Made by a program: the position numbers and the translations under genes. Positions 19,164 to 28,352 of a stretch of 64,000 bases of DNA are shown here, piece by piece; within the stretch, counting starts at the first letter, position 1, and the number at the start of each line of letters is the position of its first letter. The notes beneath the pieces are model-generated. The model saw only the letters and a list, made by a program, of their open reading frames with translations, searched no databases and was not told the DNA's origin. Source of the DNA: an uncultured Pseudomonadota bacterium (GTDB taxonomy: Bacteria > Oederibacteriota > Muellerivitia > Muellerivitales > Muellerivitaceae). The stretch covers positions 1,344,001-1,408,000 of the forward strand of contig CAWIIP010000002.1 of assembly GCA_963836235.1 (NCBI GenBank), given 5' to 3'.

Positions 19164-20258
19164 GTGGCTTATAAACCTTTATTCCAGGTAACGCCCCCCA
19201 TGCTGAAGCTCATCGGAAAAATGGAGGTGGCGCGGGAGGTTGTGGAAAGCCTGGAAATGCCCATCGACCTAGAAAACGAATTCCGACAGGAAGCCTCGGC
19301 GAGGATGACCCACTACTCCACGAAGATCGAGGGGAACCGCCTCACCCTGAAACAAACGAAGGAATTGCTGGCGGGCCAAACGGTTATTGCCCGTGAGATC
19401 GACAAGCGCGAGGCGATGAACTATTACGATTGCCTCGACCTGGTCCACCGGCATTCCAAGACCAAAAAACCGGTGACGGAAGCCCTAATCAAAGAGATCC
19501 ATTCGGTTGTCCAGAAAGGGATCGTGAAAGGGAAACTCCGGGGGGAATACCGGGAGGCCCAAAACGCCATATTTGATTCGGTGACCAGGAAACCGGTCTA
19601 TTTTCCACCTGATTCCAAAGAGGTTCCCCCCCTCATGAAGGCTTTCGTTGGCTGGCTCAACCACGACCTGGAAACCCACCCAATCCTCAAGGCGGGCATA
19701 GCCCATTACCAATTCGTCACAGTCCACCCTTTCATGGATGGCAACGGACGGACCGCTAGGGCGGTTGCCACCCTCCTCCTTTACCGGGAGGGATACAGCT
19801 TGAAGCGGTTCTATTCTCTGGAGGAATATTACGCCGAAGATTTAAAGGGCTATTACAACACGCTCCACCAATGCCAAGGAGTCCATTACCACAATAATCC
19901 CAACCCGGACATCAGCCCGTGGCTGGAATACTTCCTCAATGGTGCTGCCATTGTGTTCGAGCGCGTCAAGGAAAAGGCCCTGGCCGCATCTAAAAAACAG
20001 CCGTCCCCCCAAAGCAAACAGGATATTGAACGCATGCAGAAGATCGGGCCAAGGGAAAGGCGTGTGCTCGTTTACTTCGGAAAGAATTTACAGCTTCGGA
20101 CGAAAAACCTTTGTTCCCTTTTCAACATCAAGGAACGTGCCGCCAGGGATTTGCTGACCAAGTGGATAGAAATGGGATTAATTGAAAAACAGGGTTCGGG
20201 AAAGCGGGATGCCTATTACGTTTTATCGGCGGAATATCGGCGTCTTATCGGCAGTTAA
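19164..20258 (+). CDS. Fic family protein with C-terminal wHTH
   Basis: HPFMDGNGRTAR; inhibitory-type STKIEGN. Confidence 0.93.
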   Translation: MAYKPLFQVTPPMLKLIGKMEVAREVVESLEMPIDLENEFRQEASARMTHYSTKIEGNRLTLKQTKELLAGQTVIAREIDKREAMNYYDCLDLVHRHSKTKKPVTEALIKEIHSVVQKGIVKGKLRGEYREAQNAIFDSVTRKPVYFPPDSKEVPPLMKAFVGWLNHDLETHPILKAGIAHYQFVTVHPFMDGNGRTARAVATLLLYREGYSLKRFYSLEEYYAEDLKGYYNTLHQCQGVHYHNNPNPDISPWLEYFLNGAAIVFERVKEKALAASKKQPSPQSKQDIERMQKIGPRERRVLVYFGKNLQLRTKNLCSLFNIKERAARDLLTKWIEMGLIEKQGSGKRDAYYVLSAEYRRLIGS

Positions 20259-20405
20259 AGAATTAACAATTTTAGAGAAGAAAGCCTTCCCCTTGGCCTC
20301 TCTTAGCCGCTTATTATTAAATCAAAAGGAGAGGGGATTTCCCGACCCTATTGGACGAGCCGGAAAATCCCTTGAGAAATTAAAAGATATCAAATCCAGA
20401 AAAAC

Positions 20406-21131
20406 TTAAAACCGGTACCAACTGGAAACCATGACACGGTGGTCAATGGCATCGGAACCTGAACCGGTTCCCACAGCGCCGGTGACGTAATGGGTGTCAA
20501 ACCGGTCATATTCCACCCCGGCACGGATATTGGCATTGAAATCGTGCATCAAATTGGCGAACATAACGCTGTCGTCATTATAAAGTTTGCTCGCTGTTGC
20601 CCCGCCTCCAGTTAAACCACCTATGTTGTCCGAAAAGACTTCCCCATAACCCACCGTCAAATAAGTTCCCAAATTTTTTGGTAGATGAAATTGCACCTGG
20701 CCGTTATAGCTTTTTATGTCCACCAAAGTGAAATTACCGGCTCCATTAAAGCCACCAACCCCCGAATCCAGGTTGATGCCGTTTGTAGTCGTGGAGAGCG
20801 CGGGAAGACCGCCGCTATACAAAAACATTTCATCCCCATCGCCTTTTCCAACCGTCCACTCGCCCGTCAGGACGAGGCTAGGACCATCCCCGGTATCGCT
20901 TGGAATAACCGGAATAAGGGCATCCAGGGCCATTGCCTGGCCTTCGGCGCTTTGATTTAAATTCACATTGGTACCAACCGTGCCGTAAGTATAGTTCCGC
21001 AAAGTGCCAGACAAGCCCAGGCTAAAAGGCATCGAATTGACGGCCCCAGTCGGTAGGGCAAAGCGGCCCTTCCAATCCCCGAAGATAAACCTGAGACCAC
21101 CGTCAAAGTTTGGAACTTCAGAAGCATCCTG
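20406..21131 (-). pseudogene. 5'-truncated outer-membrane porin-like gene
   Basis: Beta-strand pattern ending in WYRF; the frame stays open upstream to a TAA near 21140 with no signal peptide. Confidence 0.65.
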
Positions 21132-21653
21132 TTGAATTTAGAGGTGAAAGCAGAAGTAGCGAACAAGGAAAAAAGTTGGAATGCGATGAGAGACGAAATA
21201 AAGATTGCGTGTTTTAGTGAACGCTGGGATTAACTGCCAATGTGGGCGCATTACGCCGATAATCACCAAGGCTTTTGCATTGAATACGATCTTTCTAACG
21301 AATCCGAAGGAAGAACAGCGCCCCTGTTCCCGGTTATTTACAGTGAATCAATGGTTCCCTTGGACATTACCAACGAATTATTGAATCTGCCGGGTAATAG
21401 TGGACACTTGGCGATCAAAGCTGCCATTTTCAAAAATTAAGATTGGAGTTATGAGCGCGAATGGAGATTCGTTTTTTACCGGTTTATTGATCCCCTCGAT
21501 ATAAAGGGCTATCCCATAAAGGCGGTTTACTTGGGGACTAAAATCAACGACGAACACAAAATGCAATTAATAGAGCTGTCCAAAAAGGGAGAGTTTAAGA
21601 TTTTTCAAATGAAGATTTTGGCCAATGAATTCAAAAGAGAAAAAATAAACTAA
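21129..21653 (+). pseudogene. DUF2971 pseudogene (3' part)
   Basis: Diverged copy of 27233-27760 with in-frame TAA at 21231 and 21438; 5' half missing. Confidence 0.9.
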
Positions 21654-21678
21654 ACCATTAAACCGTTTACACCTCTAA

Positions 21679-21738
21679 GGGGGGAAAGCCTTCCCCCTGG
21701 CCTCGGCTTCCTTCGGTGATCCTCGGCACACCCTCTTA
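21679..21738 (+). repeat. Structured intergenic repeat, module A
   Basis: GGGGGAAAGCCTTCCCCCTGGCCTCGGC..CCTTCGGTGATCCTCGGCACACCC; also at 26609, partial at 20281. Confidence 0.8.
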
Positions 21739-21860
21739 GGCGTAATAATCTTGAAACTTATTGGAATGCCGATACGTCCTAATTGGCTTTGCACAAAACC
21801 CTTAATCATTGAGGGGTTTGTGTGATTTGATCAATTCATAATGAACAAGGATGAAAGATT

Positions 21861-22601
21861 ATGCGTAGCGACATGAGCAAAGTTATTGTGGAACGTCCAA
21901 GGCGGGGCGGAGGACGTGATCGGAAAAGGCGGCCAGCCAGAGAATTCGACGATATGCCCTCCAAACAGTCCATGAAACGGGGGCATACCGACCTCAAGGA
22001 CCTCAACGAGAATTTGGCGCCCCTCAAACGGTATCTCCATAAAAACGTTGGACGTCCCTGGGATAAGGTCTTCAGTGAAATTTGCGAGAACATTCGCGTG
22101 GATAATACAGTTCAAAAGCACGTCCGAAATCATGTTTTTGATTACGTCCACTTGCATGTAATCGTGGAAGGTAAAGCAGTTTACACCCGGCGTATCTGGG
22201 GAGTTTATGAACTATGGTATGGCGACTTCTATGTCTGTCCCAAGTCAGGGCTGCTCAAGGATTATCGTCGTCGATATAAACCTCGCTGGCGGAGCGTGAG
22301 ATCGCTGGAAGAAGGCCTAAAAGGAATTTCCTCAGAAAAATCCAGGACGGTCGTGGAGGGAACCGAGGTATTCAAGCTGTACCGAAATCCCGACACAGGG
22401 GAGTTTAACCTTCGGAATCCGGCCCGAACGGTTCACGCCAAGATCGACTTCAACGAAACCCTTCTCCATTGTGGGCTCAAACCTCTTGATTCATTTTTCA
22501 AGGAATTCTCCAAATCCGTTCCAATGAATCATCCCTATTGGGTTACCTATAGCCGCTTGTATCACGAGCATAAAGCAAAGCTTGCCAACCTTAAAACTTG
22601 A
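21861..22601 (+). CDS. Conserved hypothetical basic protein
   Basis: 246-aa ORF; MSKVIVERPR...ENLAPLKRYLHKNVGRPWDKVFSEIC resembles a recurrent uncharacterised family. Confidence 0.7.
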   Translation: MRSDMSKVIVERPRRGGGRDRKRRPAREFDDMPSKQSMKRGHTDLKDLNENLAPLKRYLHKNVGRPWDKVFSEICENIRVDNTVQKHVRNHVFDYVHLHVIVEGKAVYTRRIWGVYELWYGDFYVCPKSGLLKDYRRRYKPRWRSVRSLEEGLKGISSEKSRTVVEGTEVFKLYRNPDTGEFNLRNPARTVHAKIDFNETLLHCGLKPLDSFFKEFSKSVPMNHPYWVTYSRLYHEHKAKLANLKT

Positions 22602-22790
22602 TCCTGCCCAACGGATTGGTTTATCGGCAGTTAGCGGAATTAGAGTTGTTTCGGGTTTATTTAATGGTATCAGGAAAAGTTTTCGTGATCCTATTAATGA
22701 ATACTCTTCCAACACAAACAATTTGTTCAGGTGCCTGAACAAAACGTAAATGCCTAAACCCGTTTTTGATCCATGAGGAAGTCCTCGAAA

Positions 22791-22929
22791 TACTCACTGT
22801 TGAGTAAAAATACTCAATGACTGAGTAATCGGGGGATCCGCATTAAAGGATGTTTTTGTGGCCGTCCCAAAGCCAGCGGGTCTCTTGAATTAGGTAATAT
22901 CGAATTAATTAGGTAATGAATTAGGTAAT
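22791..22929. promoter_or_regulatory. Operator-like cluster upstream of the second Fic gene
   Basis: TACTCA-N4-TGAGTA and TACTCA-N5-TGAGTA; AATTAGGTAAT at 22888, 22907 and 22919. Confidence 0.65.
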
Positions 22930-22985
22930 GTGTTAAACTTTGCCCCTGGCCATCCCGGCTATAACCAAAACTTTTAGGAAACCCC

Positions 22986-24035
22986 ATGCTGACATTAAGC
23001 CGTTTTTCATCCAAAACCTTTTCTATCCCAACCATGACTTCATGGTACTTGTCCGATTTGGGCGAGGCAAAGGGGCGGCAGGAGCTTTTCACCAAACAAT
23101 CACCCCAAAAGTTAAAGGCCCTTCGTGAACATGCCATCATCGAAAGCGCGGTTTCTTCCAATCGCATCGAGGGCGTCCAGATCGACCAAAAGCGGGTTGC
23201 GACCGTTGTATTCGGGAAGTCCCACTTGAAAGACAGGGACGAGGAGGAAGTCCGGGGCTATCGGCAGGCGTTGAAGTGGATACACGAAGAGGGGAAGGAT
23301 ATCCCTGTTTCTGAAAAGACGATTTTAACCCTCCATCGCATGACTCGTGGCCAAATTTGGGACGCGGGGAAATACAAGGAAAAGGACGGGGATATCATCG
23401 AGAAATCCCCCGATGGCCGCCATCGGGTAAGGTTCAAGACGGTTTCGGCCAAGAAAACACCTACCGAGATGAAGGAACTTATTCAACTCAACGACGAATG
23501 TTTCAAGGAGAAGTGGGTTCAACCCCTCATCGCCACAGCCCTATTCAACCTGGACTTCCTGTGTGTTCACCCTTTTCGGGATGGCAATGGCCGTGTTTCC
23601 CGTCTTCTTTTTCTTCTCCAATGCCATCGGTTGGGGTATGAAGTGGGAAGGTTCATCAGCTTGGAACGGCTTATTGAGGAAAACAAAGAGCGGTACTACG
23701 AAACCTTGGAGCAAAGTTCTCAAGGGTGGCATGAGGGAAAACAAGATCCTTGGCCCTTCGTTAATTACTTGCTTTTCATTCTCAAAGCCGCCTACCAGGA
23801 ATTTGAAAGCAGGTTGGAGGCAACTTCCGGGTCAAAGGGTGATAAGACCGAATTGGTATTATCCGCCATGACCCGATATTCCGGCCCTTTCCGGGTATCA
23901 GAGTTACAGAAGGATTGCCCAGGGGTCGGGGTGGACATGATCCGAAAGGTATTGAAGGATTTAAAAGCTCAGGGCCGGGTGGATTGTTTAAGCCGTGGAA
24001 AAAACGCCCAATGGAAACGCACCAAGAAATGGTGA
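22986..24035 (+). CDS. Fic family protein
   Basis: HPFRDGNGRVSR; SSNRIEG; C-terminal wHTH. Confidence 0.93.
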   Translation: MLTLSRFSSKTFSIPTMTSWYLSDLGEAKGRQELFTKQSPQKLKALREHAIIESAVSSNRIEGVQIDQKRVATVVFGKSHLKDRDEEEVRGYRQALKWIHEEGKDIPVSEKTILTLHRMTRGQIWDAGKYKEKDGDIIEKSPDGRHRVRFKTVSAKKTPTEMKELIQLNDECFKEKWVQPLIATALFNLDFLCVHPFRDGNGRVSRLLFLLQCHRLGYEVGRFISLERLIEENKERYYETLEQSSQGWHEGKQDPWPFVNYLLFILKAAYQEFESRLEATSGSKGDKTELVLSAMTRYSGPFRVSELQKDCPGVGVDMIRKVLKDLKAQGRVDCLSRGKNAQWKRTKKW

Positions 24036-24050
24036 GGGGTTAAAGAACCC

Positions 24051-24431
24051 ATGCACATCAACCGAAACGCGGTGGTCCTTAAGGCCAAACAACCTTTTGT
24101 GGATTGGATCAACACGACCCCCAGGGAACCAGGGGATGAATTGCCACGCTTTACCCTGGAACAGTTCAACCAGGAATGTATGGTCCTGTTGATCCCTGAA
24201 TTCGATTCCATCCAGGAAGCCAGGGAGCAGGTTCGCCAGTTGAAGATGGACTTGTTTGAAGAGTCGTTGGAAGACTGGTATACGGACGAGGAAGATTGGC
24301 CCCAAAACCGCACCGAGAAAATGTTCGATGAGTGGTTTAGCCTGGAAATCCATTCCGAAGTGATTGATACCGTGGATGGACCCATTGAGAAAGAAGACTT
24401 AGGGAATGAATCGTTTCCGGCCTTGGAATAA
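24051..24431 (+). CDS. Small acidic hypothetical protein
   Basis: 126-aa D/E-rich ORF directly after Fic; INRNAVVLKAKQPFVDWIN...WP..RT..MFDEWF. Confidence 0.75.
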   Translation: MHINRNAVVLKAKQPFVDWINTTPREPGDELPRFTLEQFNQECMVLLIPEFDSIQEAREQVRQLKMDLFEESLEDWYTDEEDWPQNRTEKMFDEWFSLEIHSEVIDTVDGPIEKEDLGNESFPALE

Positions 24432-24432
24432 A

Positions 24433-24467
24433 ACCCCTTCTCCTGGGGCTTTGCCCCAAACCCCTTA
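24433..24467 (+). repeat. Structured intergenic repeat, module B
   Basis: CCCCTTCTCCTGGGGCTTTGCCCCAAACCCCTT; near-identical copy at ~26662-26694. Confidence 0.75.
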
Positions 24468-24586
24468 AAACCCCATGGAAGAAATGGCTGAAACTTGTGC
24501 ATTGCTCAATTAAAATTAGATCATTAATTTTCCTCAAGGAGAAAAAATGACCCCTGATCTCTCTTCAATCGTATTACACCCCAAAG

Positions 24587-24790
24587 GAAATCTTTCCGGA
24601 TAGATTTTTTATTTTTGAAAACGTAAGCCGTAAAAATTCATTGTCCCCATCAGCATTAAATTGGCCTTTGCCTGTAATGGTTTTAACACCAAAACGGGCC
24701 GAGGCCTTTTTTTTGAATTACCGGTCAGTACCGGTTAGAAACGGTCAAACCCGGTAAAACCCGACTTCAAATGACACGTATATGACACGG
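24587..24790 (+). repeat. Second, internal copy of the element's left-end arm
   Basis: ~200-bp diverged copy of 11120-11321, starting at GAAATCTTTCC and including the phased CCGG units and two ATGACAC. Confidence 0.92.
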
Positions 24791-24866
24791 GGTAAGAAGT
24801 GGACTTGAATGGAAATCCCACCCTCAGAACACATTGCAAGTTCAAAGACTGGTTTAGAAAACAATT

Positions 24867-25274
24867 TTAACGAATTTTAAGTCTGGCTTTATTAGCGAGG
24901 AGATTTGCGAAGTTCACTTGTTGTTGGCGTTCCGTTTTAGGCGGCCAACCGGCAATATTTATATGCCTGTTGGCAGGCGATGGTTCTAAGACTAAATTAG
25001 TGCTGGTTACCTCTTCCGCAGAAATATCGCCTCGGGCTTTTAGATTTGCTTTCTTCTTCGGCGCAAATCTAGCCGTTTGAACAATGTCCCACACTCCAGA
25101 TTCAGATAAACCATCGATACCAAAAACAGACGTTTTGTTATCAATAGGAGAAGGCATAAAAACTGCGTAATTTATTTTTTCCGGGATCTTTGAATAATGT
25201 TCCGTATTGAAAATGTATCTTGTTAGTTCTTTCATCGGCGGAAGGGATGGCGGGGTTTCTTGAGATGCTTCCAT
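24867..25274 (-). CDS. Hypothetical protein, candidate ADP-ribosyltransferase-fold toxin
   Basis: LTRYIF...FMPS..NKTSVF...RHINIAGWP; last gene of an AT-rich operon. Confidence 0.5.
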   Translation of the reverse strand: MEASQETPPSLPPMKELTRYIFNTEHYSKIPEKINYAVFMPSPIDNKTSVFGIDGLSESGVWDIVQTARFAPKKKANLKARGDISAEEVTSTNLVLEPSPANRHINIAGWPPKTERQQQVNFANLLANKARLKIR

Positions 25275-25279
25275 TTTGA

Positions 25280-25771
25280 TTAGACTAAACTAAAGTTCTT
25301 ATTTAGTTTTTCTACAATTATTTTCGGTAAACGAGTTAGATCATTGGCGGGCCTTTTACCGAAATTATTTTCTGGCCCATCAATTTCCGAAAAGATTAGA
25401 AAATCATTATCAAAAGCAAGAACTAATCTTTTATCGCCCTTTACCCATTCAAAACCTATATTGCCTGAAGGTTCTGGCACTACTCGGGGAATAATAATAT
25501 TGGCATTAAGTAAGGATGCCAATTTTTCCGCACGTTCCTTTTCCAGTTTTGTTATAGGTATTGCGCCATAGCCATCCCAATCTTTTTCATTACAGTTTTC
25601 CATTATTTCCATTAGTTTTCCATCAATGATTTCTTTTGTTAATCCAAAAACTGATTTCGATTCTTCTTCTTGTTTAACTTCGTCGTAAGAAGAAGAATCA
25701 TTACTTCCATTGGAGAAAGAAAGAAACTGGGGGTAAGTATGAAAAGTTCTAATTGTGTTGGTATTGCTCAT
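25280..25771 (-). CDS. Hypothetical protein (candidate antitoxin)
   Basis: DWDGYGAIPI, PEPSGNIGFEW; ATGA overlap with the upstream gene. Confidence 0.6.
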   Translation of the reverse strand: MSNTNTIRTFHTYPQFLSFSNGSNDSSSYDEVKQEEESKSVFGLTKEIIDGKLMEIMENCNEKDWDGYGAIPITKLEKERAEKLASLLNANIIIPRVVPEPSGNIGFEWVKGDKRLVLAFDNDFLIFSEIDGPENNFGKRPANDLTRLPKIIVEKLNKNFSLV

Positions 25772-26493
25772 TTAAAAAGCTCTCCTGTTTTTTCTGTTAA
25801 AGATTCAAAAAATACATCATCAGCATATTTGTTTAATAAATCCAGGTTATCCCATATTTTATCATCTGACTCTGTAGTTAATTTAAAAACATCTATATCG
25901 AAAATAAAGGTTGATTCGGGTTTTTCATCTGTTTTTGGGATGGTCGATAAACCTAAATTTGCTTTAAACCCATTCCTATCAAGAGAATACCGAAACATAA
26001 AATTTTCAAGAACGCCCAATTTCTCTGAGTTTACTTGAGGTAGGTTCAAAAAATAATCGTTTAGAGTGAAAACGGTTTCGGGGATGGTAATTTTGTTTAT
26101 GTATTTTGTTGCGACACGAAAAATCGAAGGCTTAAATGCTTCAGAATATAGATTCCAAAAAGAGTGTGATTCATTTTTTAAAATATCCCACTTTTCATAA
26201 AAGTTCAACAAACTGAAAGTAAATCCATTAGTGCGATATTGAACAGCCCTACTTTCATCTTTTGATTTTGCAATAAAACCATTTTTAAGTTCAGATGTTT
26301 CTGCTTTTAGTTGTTTGCCTATCGGCCCAAATTTTATTTGATGTTGGCTCAGGATATTCTTTTGAGGAAAATCAGACTTTATTTTATCAAATAAGGATTC
26401 GAGCGCTTCGAAAGTTACGTTGCTATTTTGCGCTATTTGGATATCGACCAGGGATTCTATTATAGGCGGTTTGGAAAAATGCCTGTATTTCAT
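25768..26493 (-). CDS. TIGR04255-like protein
   Basis: PPIIESLVDIQ, Y..W, RVATKYINKI, FIFDID, FFESLTE. Confidence 0.8.
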   Translation of the reverse strand: MKYRHFSKPPIIESLVDIQIAQNSNVTFEALESLFDKIKSDFPQKNILSQHQIKFGPIGKQLKAETSELKNGFIAKSKDESRAVQYRTNGFTFSLLNFYEKWDILKNESHSFWNLYSEAFKPSIFRVATKYINKITIPETVFTLNDYFLNLPQVNSEKLGVLENFMFRYSLDRNGFKANLGLSTIPKTDEKPESTFIFDIDVFKLTTESDDKIWDNLDLLNKYADDVFFESLTEKTGELFK

Positions 26494-26608
26494 GCTAAAG
26501 GTATACCAGAAAAGATGCCTGAAAAAAATGTTCGTTTTTCAATAACCAAACTTAATGGGTGCTTGCCAGAATAAAGGTTTTCAAACTATGACTTTCGTGT
26601 AATCCTTT

Positions 26609-26694
26609 TGGGGGGAAGCCTTCCCCCTGGCCTCGGCTACCTTCGGTGATCCTCGGCACACCCCCTTCGCCTGGGGCTTTGCCCCAAGCCCCTT
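26609..26694 (+). repeat. Structured intergenic repeat, modules A and B fused
   Basis: Matches 21679-21735 followed by 24433-24467. Confidence 0.8.
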
Positions 26695-26842
26695 TCATCA
26701 TCATCTTCTTGAGGTATGCATGGATAGAAGGGCATATACTTTTTAAAAAGTATTTGCGTTTTTATCCGCTATTAAAAATGACTGCCAAAATCAAAAAACA
26801 CAAGCCCCTTAAAAAATAAGGGGTTTGTGAAATTGGACATTT

Positions 26843-27760
26843 ATGAATTGGAAAATCGAGTTTTGTAATGTTTTGTTTTTCCAAAACAAAGACCCTGAAA
26901 ATTTCGACAAAGCCAATCGATTAAAGTTTTCTAAACTTCCAAAATCTCTTTTTAGGTTCAGAGCTTGGAAAGACTACAGCTTAAAAGAAATTAGCGAAAA
27001 CAAAATTTGGCTTTCGAACCCAAGAACATTTAACGATCCTTATGATTGCTCTGTCTCAGCAGATTATAAAAAGGTCGTCCTTTCGCTGTTTCGAAAATTG
27101 CCACAAACAACAAATATTTCGGATAAAACTTGGAAGGAAGTAGAGGAGAGCGATGACCCAGTCCTGTATCTTTCCCGTTACCTTGCTCAGAGGGTTGTCC
27201 CCCCCGATTTGCAATATGTTGAAAACGCAAGACTGTTGAATTTAGAAGTAAAATCAGCAGTAGCAAACAAGGAAAAAAGCTGGAACGCGATGAAAGACGA
27301 AACAAAAGTTGCGTGCTTTAGCCAGCGGTGGGATTCATTACCAATGTGGGCGCATTACGCCGATCAACACCAGGGGTTTTGTATTGAATATGATCTTTCC
27401 AATGAATCCGAAGGACGAACTGCTCCCCTTTTTCCAGTCATTTACTCTAAAGCACTAGTGCCCTTGGACATCACCAACGAATTAATGAATCTGCCAGGCA
27501 ATAGTGGCCATTTGGCAATCAAAGCCGCCATTTACAAAAATATGGATTGGAGTTATGAACGCGAGTGGCGGCTTGTTTTTTACACAGGAGATGATCAGAA
27601 AATCGAAATAAAAGGATATCCCATCAAGGCAATTTACTTGGGCACCAAAATCAACGATGAACACAAGAGGCAGTTAATAGAGCTGTCCAAAAAGGTTAAA
27701 TTTAAGATTTTTCAAATGAGGGTTTCGGCCAATAAATTCAAAAAAGAAAAAATCGACTGA
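26843..27760 (+). CDS. DUF2971 domain protein
   Basis: LFRFR, FNDPYD, ACFS, MWAHYAD.HQGFCIEY, WSYEREWR. Confidence 0.88.
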   Translation: MNWKIEFCNVLFFQNKDPENFDKANRLKFSKLPKSLFRFRAWKDYSLKEISENKIWLSNPRTFNDPYDCSVSADYKKVVLSLFRKLPQTTNISDKTWKEVEESDDPVLYLSRYLAQRVVPPDLQYVENARLLNLEVKSAVANKEKSWNAMKDETKVACFSQRWDSLPMWAHYADQHQGFCIEYDLSNESEGRTAPLFPVIYSKALVPLDITNELMNLPGNSGHLAIKAAIYKNMDWSYEREWRLVFYTGDDQKIEIKGYPIKAIYLGTKINDEHKRQLIELSKKVKFKIFQMRVSANKFKKEKID

Positions 27761-27764
27761 AGAT

Positions 27765-28352
27765 TTGAAAGCCATTAGCGAGTTCTACAATCTGGCCTAT
27801 CCCAAGTTCATCGACTTCATCAACAAGTGCCGGGAAGCCCAGGTGAACCTCTTTTTGGCCCACCAGTCCATGGGGGATTTGAGGGGCGTTTCGGAGGAAT
27901 TTCTGGAACAGGTGATGAACACTGCCAGCAACAAGATCATTTTGCGGGTGAACGACCCGGACACGGCGGAGGGCTTCGCCCGGCAATTCGGAACCGAACG
28001 CGACCAGGACTACCGGGTGGAGAGTTTTGGGAAGGATGGACAGATGATGGGTTATTCCAAGCCCCCGGTTGAGAAGTTCCGTTTCCACCCCAACCGCATC
28101 AAGGAATTGAAGGTCGGCCAAGCCATCGTCAAGGTCGTGGGTGAATCGGGGGTCAAGGTCTTCCAAACTGCCTTGCGGCCGGCGGATAACCCATGGGATG
28201 GCTTTAACACCCAAAACGGCGTGGCCCACCGGACCCGCCGTGATGCAATCAATGAAAGCTCCCTCCCCGAGCTGGTAGGCGAAAACAATGGCGGCCCGGA
28301 GCCAGGCCCCAAAAACCCTGGAAGCCCCATGGGGGATGAAGATGCGGCCTGA
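27765..28352 (+). pseudogene. C-terminal fragment of a type IV coupling protein (TraD/VirD4-like)
   Basis: Begins at the Walker B position (SEF); CREAQVNLFLAHQSMGDL, NTASNKIILRVNDPDTAE; no Walker A or TM segments. Confidence 0.8.

Noticed and set aside
19099-26829. CRISPR array or integron attC cassette array
   Set aside because: No regular repeat-spacer period and no cas genes; I could not find RYYYAAC/GTTRRRY boundaries, and the integrase looks phage-type rather than IntI.
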